From the IMG/VR virus record IMGVR_UViG_2124908013_000169: a DNA stretch of 64,000 nt; one strand, 5' to 3'. How positions within the stretch are numbered: position 1 is the first letter of the stretch; every line of letters begins with the position of its first letter. A program made the position numbers and the translations under genes. Shown piece by piece: positions 46,569-56,844 of this stretch. This DNA comes from a virus. Under the pieces are notes generated by a model, which had not been told where the DNA came from, did not search any database, and worked only from the letters and a program-made list of their open reading frames with translations.

Positions 46569-47699
46569 GTTAATTGGCTCCTTTACTATCTTTCTGTTCG
46601 AGGTATTGTTCCATACGTCGTTTATCGTATTCGGTTAACCCGAGTTCTTTGTATTGCTCATAGATGTCAAAGAGTTCACGTTCTGTGACACTATCTGACT
46701 CAATAGCCGATTTAAACTCTTGACGAATCAACTCACGCTTGATAGATTTCTCAAACTTCTCTTCACGTTTTTCGATATCGTCGATACGTTTAGTCAATAC
46801 TTCCAACATTGCGTCTTGTTTGTCTGTCATTTTCTTGGTAAGGTTAAGAAACCCTGTTTTAATCAAGCCGTAGATTGTAATCAGTACGGTTAAAACCCCT
46901 GGGTTAAATACCATAGAGAGTACATGTTCTAACGTCTCAAGAATTTGTGCACCTTGTGTCATACATTTGGGATACTTCATATACACTTTAATATCCCTTG
47001 TCACCCCTTTCAATATCCTTTTTGTAATTCCATTTTGATTTTTAACCCCCGGAGGAATTTTTAAGAGGGTGGCGATGAAGAGCACTGTGGGCTGTGTGCA
47101 GACCCCCCCTCTATACCCTTTCCGTTTCGGGTAGGGGAAGGAATGCTTGCCCATCACAATGAATTCATTGTTTCGTTGTGTAGTTCAATGAACCTTGATG
47201 CGCTCACGAACTCATTACTGTTCTTCATGTGTTTTGGTTTGATTGTGTTTCTTGTTGTGTTTCTTGTTGTGTTGTGTGACGAGCACAGGACCGAGTTGGC
47301 TCGTAGCTCTGTGTCTGGTGTGTTGTGTAGTTGTCTATAATCTATAAACATTGATTACTATTCACATCCATCTACTACCGCTCAGTAGCGTAGCACAGCA
47401 CAGGGCTAGAGCTGGGGTGTCAGCAAGGGCCTGTAATCTATGAATCTGAGCGGGGGTCTTCTGCTTCAGCTGGTGGGTACACTTCGATGTACGGAAATAG
47501 CTGAACCTCAAGCATCTCATCCATGGCATCAATAGCAGCCATATCAGCATCAGCTTCAGAAGAGCGAGGGTTTAGCTTTTCTACAACAAGGCGAGCTAAG
47601 TAATTGTTAGTAAAGTACTCATGCTTCTCATCGTAGTCAAGCCAAGCATCGTAGTCAGTAAATGGATTGAACGGATTGTCAATGGTTGTAATCATTCTA

Positions 47700-50213
47700 T
47701 CAATCTTCTCCATCGTCGTCCGCCTCCTTTACAGCGTAGCGTTTAAGGGTACTTACAGAGACTCCTAGCGCATCAGCAACTTCGGAGTAGGTTCGACCGC
47801 GTTCTAACAATGCTTTGGCACGGGATATAGAAGTGGCCGGTAATACTTTCCTTTCTGAAGGAGTTGCTAGCGAACGTAATCTATCTGGGTCAGAGTACCT
47901 CATGATTTGTTTCAGTTTATTGGTGGAGATGGCCCCGTTTTGGATGGCCTCCCATTCATTGTCAGTTATCTGGATGAGTTGTTTCTTAGCTTGTTTATCA
48001 CCGGCCTTAACCATATAACGAGCACCGGCCAATGATTGCTGGCGTAATCTTTTCTTCTCTTCCTTGGACATATCATCAGTCTTATTGCGCCAATAGGTGG
48101 CGTTAGCAATAATCTGTGCTTGTCGTTCACGAGGGGCGTATAATAATGCGTCATTAAGTTTCTTGTCTAATGTCATAACTTCCTTGGCATATATCTTAGC
48201 GGCCTCTGGTGAACGCTTAGGATTAGGAATGGACTCATTCAATGCAACGGCGTCTTTCTTCAATGACTTAAGCTTGTTGGCATAGTCAGCATACAACTTC
48301 TCTTTCGGATTGTTTGTATGGGATGTAAGTAAATGGGCGTCGTCAACCTTATCCATATCATTCTTAGAACGGGATATGATTGTTGATGCACCACGATACT
48401 TCTGCTTACCTTCAACATAATCGAAGTGGCGTTGGTATTTAGAATACAATGCAGAGATACCATTATCAATGGCTGATTGTTTCCAATCCAACTTATGTTT
48501 CTCACTATCAATAACGACCATTGACTGGCGTACTGCACGAGCAATCTCCGACATAGGAGCATTGTGTAATGTCATGTCAGTAATAAGGTTGGATACAATA
48601 CCCATCTCTCTTTGTTTCTGTGTACCAGATATGGTTGCTTTACCAACAGCATACTGATGTGGGTCGAAGTTAGCTAGTTCTTTTAATGCAGGCAGAGTCT
48701 TAATCTTACCATGGTTATTAGGTATAGCATAGACTGTGTCTCCATCGAAGTCGGCACCAGATAACTTACGGGCTACTGATGGATGTAACCCAATACCATC
48801 TTTAGCATTACCCATTAACTTCTTAGCTGACTTGGCGTTGTTGTTAACGGTTACATCAGCTAGCTCAAATATACCACCATGTGGATAACGAACCAACACA
48901 AGCTTGTCTCCGTTCTTGTAGTTAGGAGCATACACTTCATTCGGTTTGATATCAGGTATCGGTAATATAACATGAGCCTTAGTATTAGGGAAACCTGCAG
49001 CCTTTAAGTGGCGTGCTTTCTTATCCATACTGTCAGCGTACTCTTCTAAATAATACTTCTTAACGACCGGGTTTGAAATCTTTTTGATAGACTCAAACTC
49101 TGCTATCTCTTCTTTGATGGTAGCTTGGATACGGTCTTTAATAAGTGTGGTAGGCTGCTTAGATAAGAACTGTGAAGATAACATAGACTTCCATTTGTCC
49201 CAGTCACCTTCATCATTAACGATATTTAACGCACCTTTCTGACGCTTGATGGTAGCACCGAATGGGTTGTCATCATTGTCTTTAAGTTTCTTAAGAACGT
49301 CCATCTTTGGAACGTCTTTAGATTTGTTTGTGTTGAATCGAATATCCACACCTTTAGGTAGGTCGTCTGCGTAAACAGCCATACCTTTAAGATAGTGAGT
49401 ACCATCAACAGCAATACGAACTTGGGCGTAATGGTTTGACCCAAGGTCTAAGTCTTTGACACCACGACGAAGTTCAATAACACCGTCTTTGTCTTCTCCA
49501 CCTGTCTCTTTGTAGTTAATCATAACTTTCTTAGATGAAACAGGTTTAGGTGGTTTAATATTTTGGAATGTACGGCCTCCATCATCAGACCACGCTTCCA
49601 ACGTTCTAATCATGTGTTTGTCTTCACGAACCTTCATGATGTCAGGCTCTTTAGTTAAGACTTTCATGATAATAAAGTTATCAGGATTACTCATATTACG
49701 AACATACACTTCATGAATATGATAACCATGGTTCTCTACAAGGTCCTTAGTAACTGCTCTAAGCTTTTCTCTTGACACTCCTGCTTGGCGTTCAACACCG
49801 GCACCAATATCAAGGTACTTGTTCTTAGCGACAGCTTCTTCAAGCGCCTTCTTAGTACCCTCAATCTGTTGTTCACGGACTTTGGGTTTGTCAGACTTAA
49901 GGTAATTACGAACGGTTGCTTCAGATATACCTAGTTCTTTGGCAATCGCTGTATTAGATAAGCCTTTAGCTTTACCCGCACTAATCTCCTTATCGTGATA
50001 GAACTTGACGTGATAGTTTGCTGTTGAAATATCACTACGTAAGTCATTGATACTACGTCCCATCATCGTAGCTATCTCTTTCTCACTGAGTCCTTTCTTC
50101 TTTAAAGAATTAACTTTGGCGAGTAGGTCCATACTTTGGAACGGCTTTTGTCCTGAACCCCATGGGTAGCGTCCAGAATGTCGCTTCGTTCCGAAATGAA
50201 TTAATGTATCCAT
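47700..50213 (-). CDS. Single-chain two-barrel RNA polymerase (repeat copy)
   Basis: Identical to 3111-5624. Confidence 0.85.
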   Translation of the reverse strand: MDTLIHFGTKRHSGRYPWGSGQKPFQSMDLLAKVNSLKKKGLSEKEIATMMGRSINDLRSDISTANYHVKFYHDKEISAGKAKGLSNTAIAKELGISEATVRNYLKSDKPKVREQQIEGTKKALEEAVAKNKYLDIGAGVERQAGVSREKLRAVTKDLVENHGYHIHEVYVRNMSNPDNFIIMKVLTKEPDIMKVREDKHMIRTLEAWSDDGGRTFQNIKPPKPVSSKKVMINYKETGGEDKDGVIELRRGVKDLDLGSNHYAQVRIAVDGTHYLKGMAVYADDLPKGVDIRFNTNKSKDVPKMDVLKKLKDNDDNPFGATIKRQKGALNIVNDEGDWDKWKSMLSSQFLSKQPTTLIKDRIQATIKEEIAEFESIKKISNPVVKKYYLEEYADSMDKKARHLKAAGFPNTKAHVILPIPDIKPNEVYAPNYKNGDKLVLVRYPHGGIFELADVTVNNNAKSAKKLMGNAKDGIGLHPSVARKLSGADFDGDTVYAIPNNHGKIKTLPALKELANFDPHQYAVGKATISGTQKQREMGIVSNLITDMTLHNAPMSEIARAVRQSMVVIDSEKHKLDWKQSAIDNGISALYSKYQRHFDYVEGKQKYRGASTIISRSKNDMDKVDDAHLLTSHTNNPKEKLYADYANKLKSLKKDAVALNESIPNPKRSPEAAKIYAKEVMTLDKKLNDALLYAPRERQAQIIANATYWRNKTDDMSKEEKKRLRQQSLAGARYMVKAGDKQAKKQLIQITDNEWEAIQNGAISTNKLKQIMRYSDPDRLRSLATPSERKVLPATSISRAKALLERGRTYSEVADALGVSVSTLKRYAVKEADDDGED

Positions 50214-50299
50214 AACCGACTCCTTATTTTTGCAAAAATAAGAAAAGGAGCATGTTTTTAATTTCACATCCTCCCCTTCTATAGTAGGCAATGTATTTC

Positions 50300-50857
50300 T
50301 TACGACTTGTTCTCTTCGATGAGAATATGATTAAACTCAACGATGAGGTCCATCAGGTCACGAATTGCCTCTGGGTCAGGCTCATTAATCTTACACTTAT
50401 CAAATTGATAAAGGCGAGTCTGAATATAAAGCTTCTCAGGCTTCACTCTGTACTCAAGACAGAAGAAGGCTGCGTAAATATCCAACTGAATGAAGCTGGG
50501 TTTAGTTGAACCAGTCTTCAAGTCGAAAATGTAAAGTTCTTTCTTACGTGCATCGTACTTAATTGCATCAGCTGTACCAAAGAAGTAATCAGAGAAATAT
50601 AACACTTGCTCTGACTGCATGTCAAAGTCAATTGCATCGTTAACAAATCTGTTGAATGCTTTATCAATATCTTCTACACGAATACGGTCTTTGATTAGTA
50701 GAGATGCGAGGTTGTGTAAGCGAGTACCTTCTTCTTTCTTCTTGTTGTTACGATATGTTCGGATTAGTTTGTCAGCATCGTAGTTAACCCAATGATACTG
50801 TGATGCACTAAATGGTGCGTGTAGTCCTTCAAGATTTGAGTGCTCGTTCCAAAGCAT
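50300..50857 (-). CDS. PD-(D/E)xK nuclease (repeat copy)
   Basis: Identical to 5711-6268. Confidence 0.75.
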   Translation of the reverse strand: MLWNEHSNLEGLHAPFSASQYHWVNYDADKLIRTYRNNKKKEEGTRLHNLASLLIKDRIRVEDIDKAFNRFVNDAIDFDMQSEQVLYFSDYFFGTADAIKYDARKKELYIFDLKTGSTKPSFIQLDIYAAFFCLEYRVKPEKLYIQTRLYQFDKCKINEPDPEAIRDLMDLIVEFNHILIEENKS

Positions 50858-51125
50858 CTAGTACTTCCTCCTTGTTCTCAGGCGACACGAATGACGTAAA
50901 CGCCCATTGTTTGTACTTAGAAATATAATGTCCTTGGTTAGGACGCTTAGACGCTCCTGATGAACGCTTTACTTCTAAGAACGCATACTTGTCTTCAAAT
51001 ATAACTAACAGGTCAGGGATACCTTGAATCTGTGTAGGGTCAGTTTTCATAATCAAACAACCTGGTACACGCTTCTTAATATCACGTTTAAGCTGGCTTT
51101 GAAAATCCCGCTCTAATCGAGGCAT
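50829..51125 (-). CDS. VRR-NUC nuclease (repeat copy)
   Basis: Identical to 6240-6536. Confidence 0.8.
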   Translation of the reverse strand: MPRLERDFQSQLKRDIKKRVPGCLIMKTDPTQIQGIPDLLVIFEDKYAFLEVKRSSGASKRPNQGHYISKYKQWAFTSFVSPENKEEVLDALERALKS

Positions 51126-52266
51126 TAGTTCTCCACTCTCTTTCGTTAAAGTTTTGTTTGTTATGTAACGCTTTTAATATGCGTCCGTCTAAGTCTGAGC
51201 GACTCACTAAATAATAATACTGCAAGTCTTTGAAAGGTGTGTTACGTCGGTCAATACGACCTTCTGCTTGTTCCATAGTTCGGTACGAATATGACAGACT
51301 GTAGAACAACATGGTGTCTGTAGTTGTACAGTTCCATGCTTCTGCTCCTGCTCCATAGTTAACGAAATACACCCAACGGTCACCTTCTGGTAACTCATCG
51401 TGCTTACTTCCGTTGTACTCAGAATACGCGATACCTTCTTCTTCGCATGCTTTTCGCAACAGCTCCATCTCATACTCAAAATTGTAAAACACAATTACTT
51501 TAGGGTTAGCTTTTAAAATATCAATTGCTTTCTTCACACGACTAGGGTCTGTATTAACAAGGCGTCGAATAAGAGCGCAGTACTCAGATATGTTTTCAAT
51601 AGGTTCATCGGTTATTGGGTTCCAACGTGTGTCATTAATTTTCTTAATAACGTGACGTGGGAAGTTAACTAAAATATGTTCCTTATGACGTACAGTCTCA
51701 CGAGTATCGGGCATCTTAACGACAATACGATTGCGCCACATATATAACTGGTCCTCATTGTGAATCTTCTTGATTTGTGGGAAGTTCACATAAGGATTGT
51801 ATTCAATATGTTTGTTAATAAATTCAGTCTTGGTCTTGTAGAAATTGTTAGCAAGAAACAAAGGCATGTAGTCCATCCACTTGTCTCCTGGTGTAGCTGT
51901 ACACATTATCCATGCATTACGTCGAGCAATATAGACCATCGCTTTACCCCATGTGTTGTACCCTACAGACTTCTGCTCATCAAATATAAAGAACGCATTG
52001 TACACTGATTTGTAACGTAATATGTTATTCCATGAATCAACAACTAGTTCTTCAATACCTAATAAGCGTGCTTCGTTCTGCCAGTCACAACTATTGCGTT
52101 TCTTAGCAGTCGTAATCACATATAACTTGCGATGAGAGAACTTCTCTTTATAGAAAAAAAGGGAGGTAAGTGTTTTACCACTACCTACCCCACCTTTCAA
52201 TACTGAGCCTGAGCGCAGTTTCTTTACAGCTTCTTCCTGTTCAGGGAATAGCTTAATAAATTCCAT
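51088..52266 (-). CDS. SF2 helicase (repeat copy)
   Basis: Identical to 6499-7677. Confidence 0.85.
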   Translation of the reverse strand: MEFIKLFPEQEEAVKKLRSGSVLKGGVGSGKTLTSLFFYKEKFSHRKLYVITTAKKRNSCDWQNEARLLGIEELVVDSWNNILRYKSVYNAFFIFDEQKSVGYNTWGKAMVYIARRNAWIMCTATPGDKWMDYMPLFLANNFYKTKTEFINKHIEYNPYVNFPQIKKIHNEDQLYMWRNRIVVKMPDTRETVRHKEHILVNFPRHVIKKINDTRWNPITDEPIENISEYCALIRRLVNTDPSRVKKAIDILKANPKVIVFYNFEYEMELLRKACEEEGIAYSEYNGSKHDELPEGDRWVYFVNYGAGAEAWNCTTTDTMLFYSLSYSYRTMEQAEGRIDRRNTPFKDLQYYYLVSRSDLDGRILKALHNKQNFNEREWRTNASIRAGFSKPA

Positions 52267-52726
52267 ACTTAGCACCGAATTGGTCGATGTCACGTACGAA
52301 GTAACCAGTATCTAAATATGCTGATAGCTTATTGTTCATCTTAGATAACCATGGGTTAATAACTAAATCAACTTTTGCGATGTCAGCACGTTGTAGCACA
52401 CCAATTTCGTCACCTTCTAAACGTAACGCGTTTTGTTCACCGTCAGGACGTTCCACTACTTGAATAACTTTAGCGTGGTCGCCAATTGTAACTTTGATAA
52501 ACGGTTTACGGTTGTCTTGTTCTGGGTCTAAATCAGGACGTTCTTTAGGGAACTTAACGTTGAAGTTATTGTCGGCTAAGAAGTTAGCATCTTCTTCGTC
52601 TAAGAACACTACAAAGTTACGGTTACCTTCGTTGTTATAATTTGTCTTCTCACCTGCGAAGTTACGTAATCCGATTTGTGCATCTTCGATAGTTAATTTA
52701 CGTCCGTTGAATTCAATTTTTTGCAT
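52253..52726 (-). CDS. Putative SSB (repeat copy)
   Basis: Identical to 7664-8137. Confidence 0.55.
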   Translation of the reverse strand: MQKIEFNGRKLTIEDAQIGLRNFAGEKTNYNNEGNRNFVVFLDEEDANFLADNNFNVKFPKERPDLDPEQDNRKPFIKVTIGDHAKVIQVVERPDGEQNALRLEGDEIGVLQRADIAKVDLVINPWLSKMNNKLSAYLDTGYFVRDIDQFGAKYGIY

Positions 52727-52729
52727 AGT

Positions 52730-55700
52730 TTATTTCTCCTTTAAATATAAATACTGTTCAGGCATATCGTCAATCATGATGTCAACATCGCCAACTTTTT
52801 GAATTGCTTTAATTGCTTCCACTGCCAGATTGTCATAATATGACATGTCGATATCTGACTTATCTACTAGTTCTGAATCCAGTTTCCACTTGTACCCTTT
52901 TGTTCCGGTCACAGCATCAAGCTTGTCCTTCTTAGGGTCTTTCTTCACGAGAGCGTCGCCAGTCTTAGACGCATAGAAACGTCCAGTCTTACCAACAAAC
53001 TCATCACCTAAATACATTGGTACTTTAGAATTCTTGGTTGTCATGAAATCAGTCAACTCGAGATTGTCCTTTGTAAATAAGGTCTTCAATACATAAGGCT
53101 CCTTGAACTGAGCTCCAGTTGCTTCCCATACAGGTTCGCCATCTTCATAGTACTCACCGATGTTAACTGCTTTGTTAACTAATGCAAATCGGTCGTACGT
53201 ATGCTCATGTTCAAAGTCATAGTCATAACGCTTACCAAACTCTGTAACGAATTCAATGTCTTCCGCTGTTGCATTCGGAATCTTGATAGAGTCGGTCTTG
53301 ATATGCGCTACTGTTAATCCGCGTTCTTGACATGCGTGTTTCAAATCAATCATAAATAACGCTCCACGTTTCGCAACGATGTTATCCACGTTATCAGGGT
53401 GACGGAACTTGTTGTCAAATTTCGCAGACGTCATACCGTACACGATGTTGATTACAATCTTCAACGCATACGATAACGCTTTAGCAGATAACTCGCCCTT
53501 CTCAATCATGTCAGCATACGGAGCTAGCTTACCATCAAATATGGTTCTTAGTTTGTCTAAATCTCCGTGCTTGATTAAGATACGGGCTTCACGAATATCC
53601 GCATAGTTCTGAGTGTATGGACCAAAGTAGTTCATAGCAATCAGACTTGTTGGGTGCATTGACGCAACGTCCAACACAGCTACATCAGTGTATACTCCTG
53701 GTTCAGAATATACGTAACCACCTTCGGACGGGTCTTCACCACGGTATTCAGATTTACCCCATTCGAACTTGTATCCTGGGAACATTCGCGATAGGTCAGT
53801 ATAAATGAAGCGGTCTTGTGGTCTGTTCGCGCCTTCAAATATAATCTCTGCCGCATGGTTTTGAGTCTTAGTGTTAATAGATAATCCTGATAACGATGCT
53901 AAGATTTTACGAGCGTTGTAGTCTTCGGCTAACTTATCAAATAACGCTTCGGTAGCACGTACGTCATTACCGCAGTACTCCGCACATCGTTCCCATAGAT
54001 TTTCTGGTAACGGTTCGTCCCAAGGATATTCAAACTCATCGTGTGGTAATCCTAATTCAATTTCCCAATATTTAAGCGAATGTTTCTCAGAGGCCATCTC
54101 ATATATATCCAAATATGATAGTTCATAAGCTCCTTTGTGGAACCCTTTACCTCCATTGTTGTTAACAATCGCTTGAGAACGTTGGTAAATATCCATAGTG
54201 CTTTGTCCAAGCAACGCAGAATATACCATGTGGTTGTCATAACGCAAGTTGTTGAAACCTACAAGATAACGACCTTGCAACCAGTTCTCAACTTCTTGTG
54301 GCGTTGGATTACACATAGTGTGAATTTCGTCAACACCATAGTCTTTCCAACAAATCATAAATAAGTTCTTAAATACCTCAACGTCGAAGAATGTTAACTT
54401 CTCATTGGGTACTGCTTGTCCTGAGTGTAGTACTTCAACCATTTCAGGCGTGTCGTCTTCAATCGTAGAATATACAATCTCTTGGATTGCTTGCAGACAG
54501 CGCTTAGCTTGGTTGGTACTTGACGATGCGAATAAGGAAATATCGCTCTCCATGTCTGACAAGTCATACTTAACACCTGACTGATAAGCCTGGTTAAATA
54601 TCTGAACAATTAAGTTCACGCTTTGCGACGTGGACGCATGATATTCCTTACGCAGGGCACGTTCAATAGTTGCACGCATGGTACGTTCCGTATGAACAAA
54701 CCCTTGTACGTTTTCCAGCATTTTACGGTTCTCCTCCTTTCTAGGTAAGCCTGAAGAAATATGAGCAATCTTACGTACTCCATTACTTCTTGAGAATTGT
54801 CTACGCAATGAACTCTTACCCTTGTATACTTTAACTTCAATGTCAGCATCGTAGATAGCGCTTAGTTCGTCGACATCTCCATCATAAATATAGTGTAAGT
54901 GGATACCTGCTCCTGACTTACTTAACTCCCCATAGGTTTCAGGGAATTTGGATGCAGCTTCCAAGTTCTTTGCTAAAGACTTCTTACCATCTTCTTTGAG
55001 GTCGAAGTCGATTACAATATGGTTAACATCGTTCATACGTACGAAGTGTAGTTGATGTGTATCAACATCCTTCAACTTAGTTTCAACGTTGTCCCATTTG
55101 TATTTCGGAAAACCATCAGCATTCGCTAACTGTGCTGGGCAGTCAGCAAGGACCTCATCAAGATATGACTCAGTAGAAACATAACTACCGAGTGTTTCCT
55201 CAACGACTTCCTCTTTAATCGGGTCAAATAGTTCAGTCTTCAACCCTACGAATACGCGGGATAACCTATCGGCTCCAACACGTAAACGTTCGTGATACTC
55301 TTTGTAATATCTCGTCAACTCATTCTTAACCTTCTGTTTGTATCCAGCTGTGTTAAATCCTAAGTCGTCTAAATATACTTTATACAGTTCACTAGCTCTA
55401 GCTAACGTAACCATATCACCCATCTTGTCGTAGTTCTCTTGAACAAATCCATAGAATAAATCTGTGGCTGCAAGCATGTGGTTGTCTTGGTATTCTTCAT
55501 AGTAACCAGGACCCATCTCTTCGAACATTTGCATTGCTTTGTGTGCAATACCGGCAAGCTCAAAGCTAATACCGTGCATTAGACGGTTGTATTCCTTTAG
55601 CGGAACACGGTTGTTAGTTGGTTCAACAGTTACAGCACGTCTTACGATACCCGCATCAACGTTACGTACTTTGTATCGTTGGTTAGATGCAGCAATCAGT

Positions 55701-56515
55701 AAACCATTGAACGTCACAGGATATGGTTTCGTGTATTTCTTGTTAACCATAACGACTTCATGTCCGGTTAACTTAAGTAAGTCCAAATCATTTTTGATAT
55801 TAGATAAATCAGTATCATAATCTATCAGGACTGGAATCTCCTTAACTTGACTAGTGTTGAACTCACTTTGTGAAGTTAAGTTACTAAGGTCCATCGAGCT
55901 ATAGTAACCCTCAAATAACTGTTCAAGGATTTTCAAGACCGTACCTTTACCAGTACCTTTCGCACCATACAAGAACATAAACTTCTGAATATACTTCATA
56001 TTGTTCGTTAGGACGGCACCGACAAACCACATGATTTTCCGTAGCTCATTAGGAGCATAGAGAATATCCATCATCTTGTCGAAGTTAGGTGTAGGTATGT
56101 CTTTAGGAGTATACGGTAACTTGTTAGTCGCATAATCCTCCCTTTGTATTTCATGGTCCGCAAATAAGATTGTCTGGTTAAACGCCTGTCTAGAATCCGG
56201 CATCAACTTGGTATACTCAACCCAGCGTTTCATGACTCCGCTAGATTGTCTGTTCATATACCGAGCTTTGACAATCGCATCTGGTTTTTCGTCTTTAATC
56301 CTTGTGTACTCATCTTTAATCGTTCTATCGATGCGTAGAATTAAATCGTTCATATTATCAGACCATGCTGTGCCATCCCAGAACGCATACATCGCTCCAC
56401 CTTTGCAGGCTAAGTCCTGTACATTGTAATATAGAAATTCTGGATACAGAATGGTTACCGGCTGACGAGACCCTACGATTTCCTTATCGATTGTAAAGAA
56501 ATCTACTTTGTCCAA
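52730..56515 (-). CDS. Helicase-primase-PolB fusion (repeat copy)
   Basis: Identical to 8141-11926. Confidence 0.88.
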   Translation of the reverse strand: MDKVDFFTIDKEIVGSRQPVTILYPEFLYYNVQDLACKGGAMYAFWDGTAWSDNMNDLILRIDRTIKDEYTRIKDEKPDAIVKARYMNRQSSGVMKRWVEYTKLMPDSRQAFNQTILFADHEIQREDYATNKLPYTPKDIPTPNFDKMMDILYAPNELRKIMWFVGAVLTNNMKYIQKFMFLYGAKGTGKGTVLKILEQLFEGYYSSMDLSNLTSQSEFNTSQVKEIPVLIDYDTDLSNIKNDLDLLKLTGHEVVMVNKKYTKPYPVTFNGLLIAASNQRYKVRNVDAGIVRRAVTVEPTNNRVPLKEYNRLMHGISFELAGIAHKAMQMFEEMGPGYYEEYQDNHMLAATDLFYGFVQENYDKMGDMVTLARASELYKVYLDDLGFNTAGYKQKVKNELTRYYKEYHERLRVGADRLSRVFVGLKTELFDPIKEEVVEETLGSYVSTESYLDEVLADCPAQLANADGFPKYKWDNVETKLKDVDTHQLHFVRMNDVNHIVIDFDLKEDGKKSLAKNLEAASKFPETYGELSKSGAGIHLHYIYDGDVDELSAIYDADIEVKVYKGKSSLRRQFSRSNGVRKIAHISSGLPRKEENRKMLENVQGFVHTERTMRATIERALRKEYHASTSQSVNLIVQIFNQAYQSGVKYDLSDMESDISLFASSSTNQAKRCLQAIQEIVYSTIEDDTPEMVEVLHSGQAVPNEKLTFFDVEVFKNLFMICWKDYGVDEIHTMCNPTPQEVENWLQGRYLVGFNNLRYDNHMVYSALLGQSTMDIYQRSQAIVNNNGGKGFHKGAYELSYLDIYEMASEKHSLKYWEIELGLPHDEFEYPWDEPLPENLWERCAEYCGNDVRATEALFDKLAEDYNARKILASLSGLSINTKTQNHAAEIIFEGANRPQDRFIYTDLSRMFPGYKFEWGKSEYRGEDPSEGGYVYSEPGVYTDVAVLDVASMHPTSLIAMNYFGPYTQNYADIREARILIKHGDLDKLRTIFDGKLAPYADMIEKGELSAKALSYALKIVINIVYGMTSAKFDNKFRHPDNVDNIVAKRGALFMIDLKHACQERGLTVAHIKTDSIKIPNATAEDIEFVTEFGKRYDYDFEHEHTYDRFALVNKAVNIGEYYEDGEPVWEATGAQFKEPYVLKTLFTKDNLELTDFMTTKNSKVPMYLGDEFVGKTGRFYASKTGDALVKKDPKKDKLDAVTGTKGYKWKLDSELVDKSDIDMSYYDNLAVEAIKAIQKVGDVDIMIDDMPEQYLYLKEK

Positions 56516-56544
56516 ATATATCGCCTCCAGCCATAAAATAATAG

Positions 56545-56844
56545 TTTGTCCACGTTGTCCACGATTTTTTCGGAAAACTATTCTTTGTATATTAATTACA
56601 TTTTACATCAATTCTAACAAACAATGTCAAAAATTGTAAAAAAACGTGGACAAAGGGTGTTTGACCCCTCAGAAACCGCGTCAAATCAACGTTTTTGCTG
56701 TCCACGTTTTTGTCCACGTTTTTTGATTTTTGCGATTTGTCCACGATTTTTTCAAAAATTTTACAATCTATTTAAAAATATTTTTAACTTTGTCCACGAT
56801 TTTTGTGGACAAAATAAAAAACGTGGACAAAAACGTGGACAAAA
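56545..56844. repeat. Iteron cluster (repeat copy)
   Basis: Identical to 11956-12255. Confidence 0.8.
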
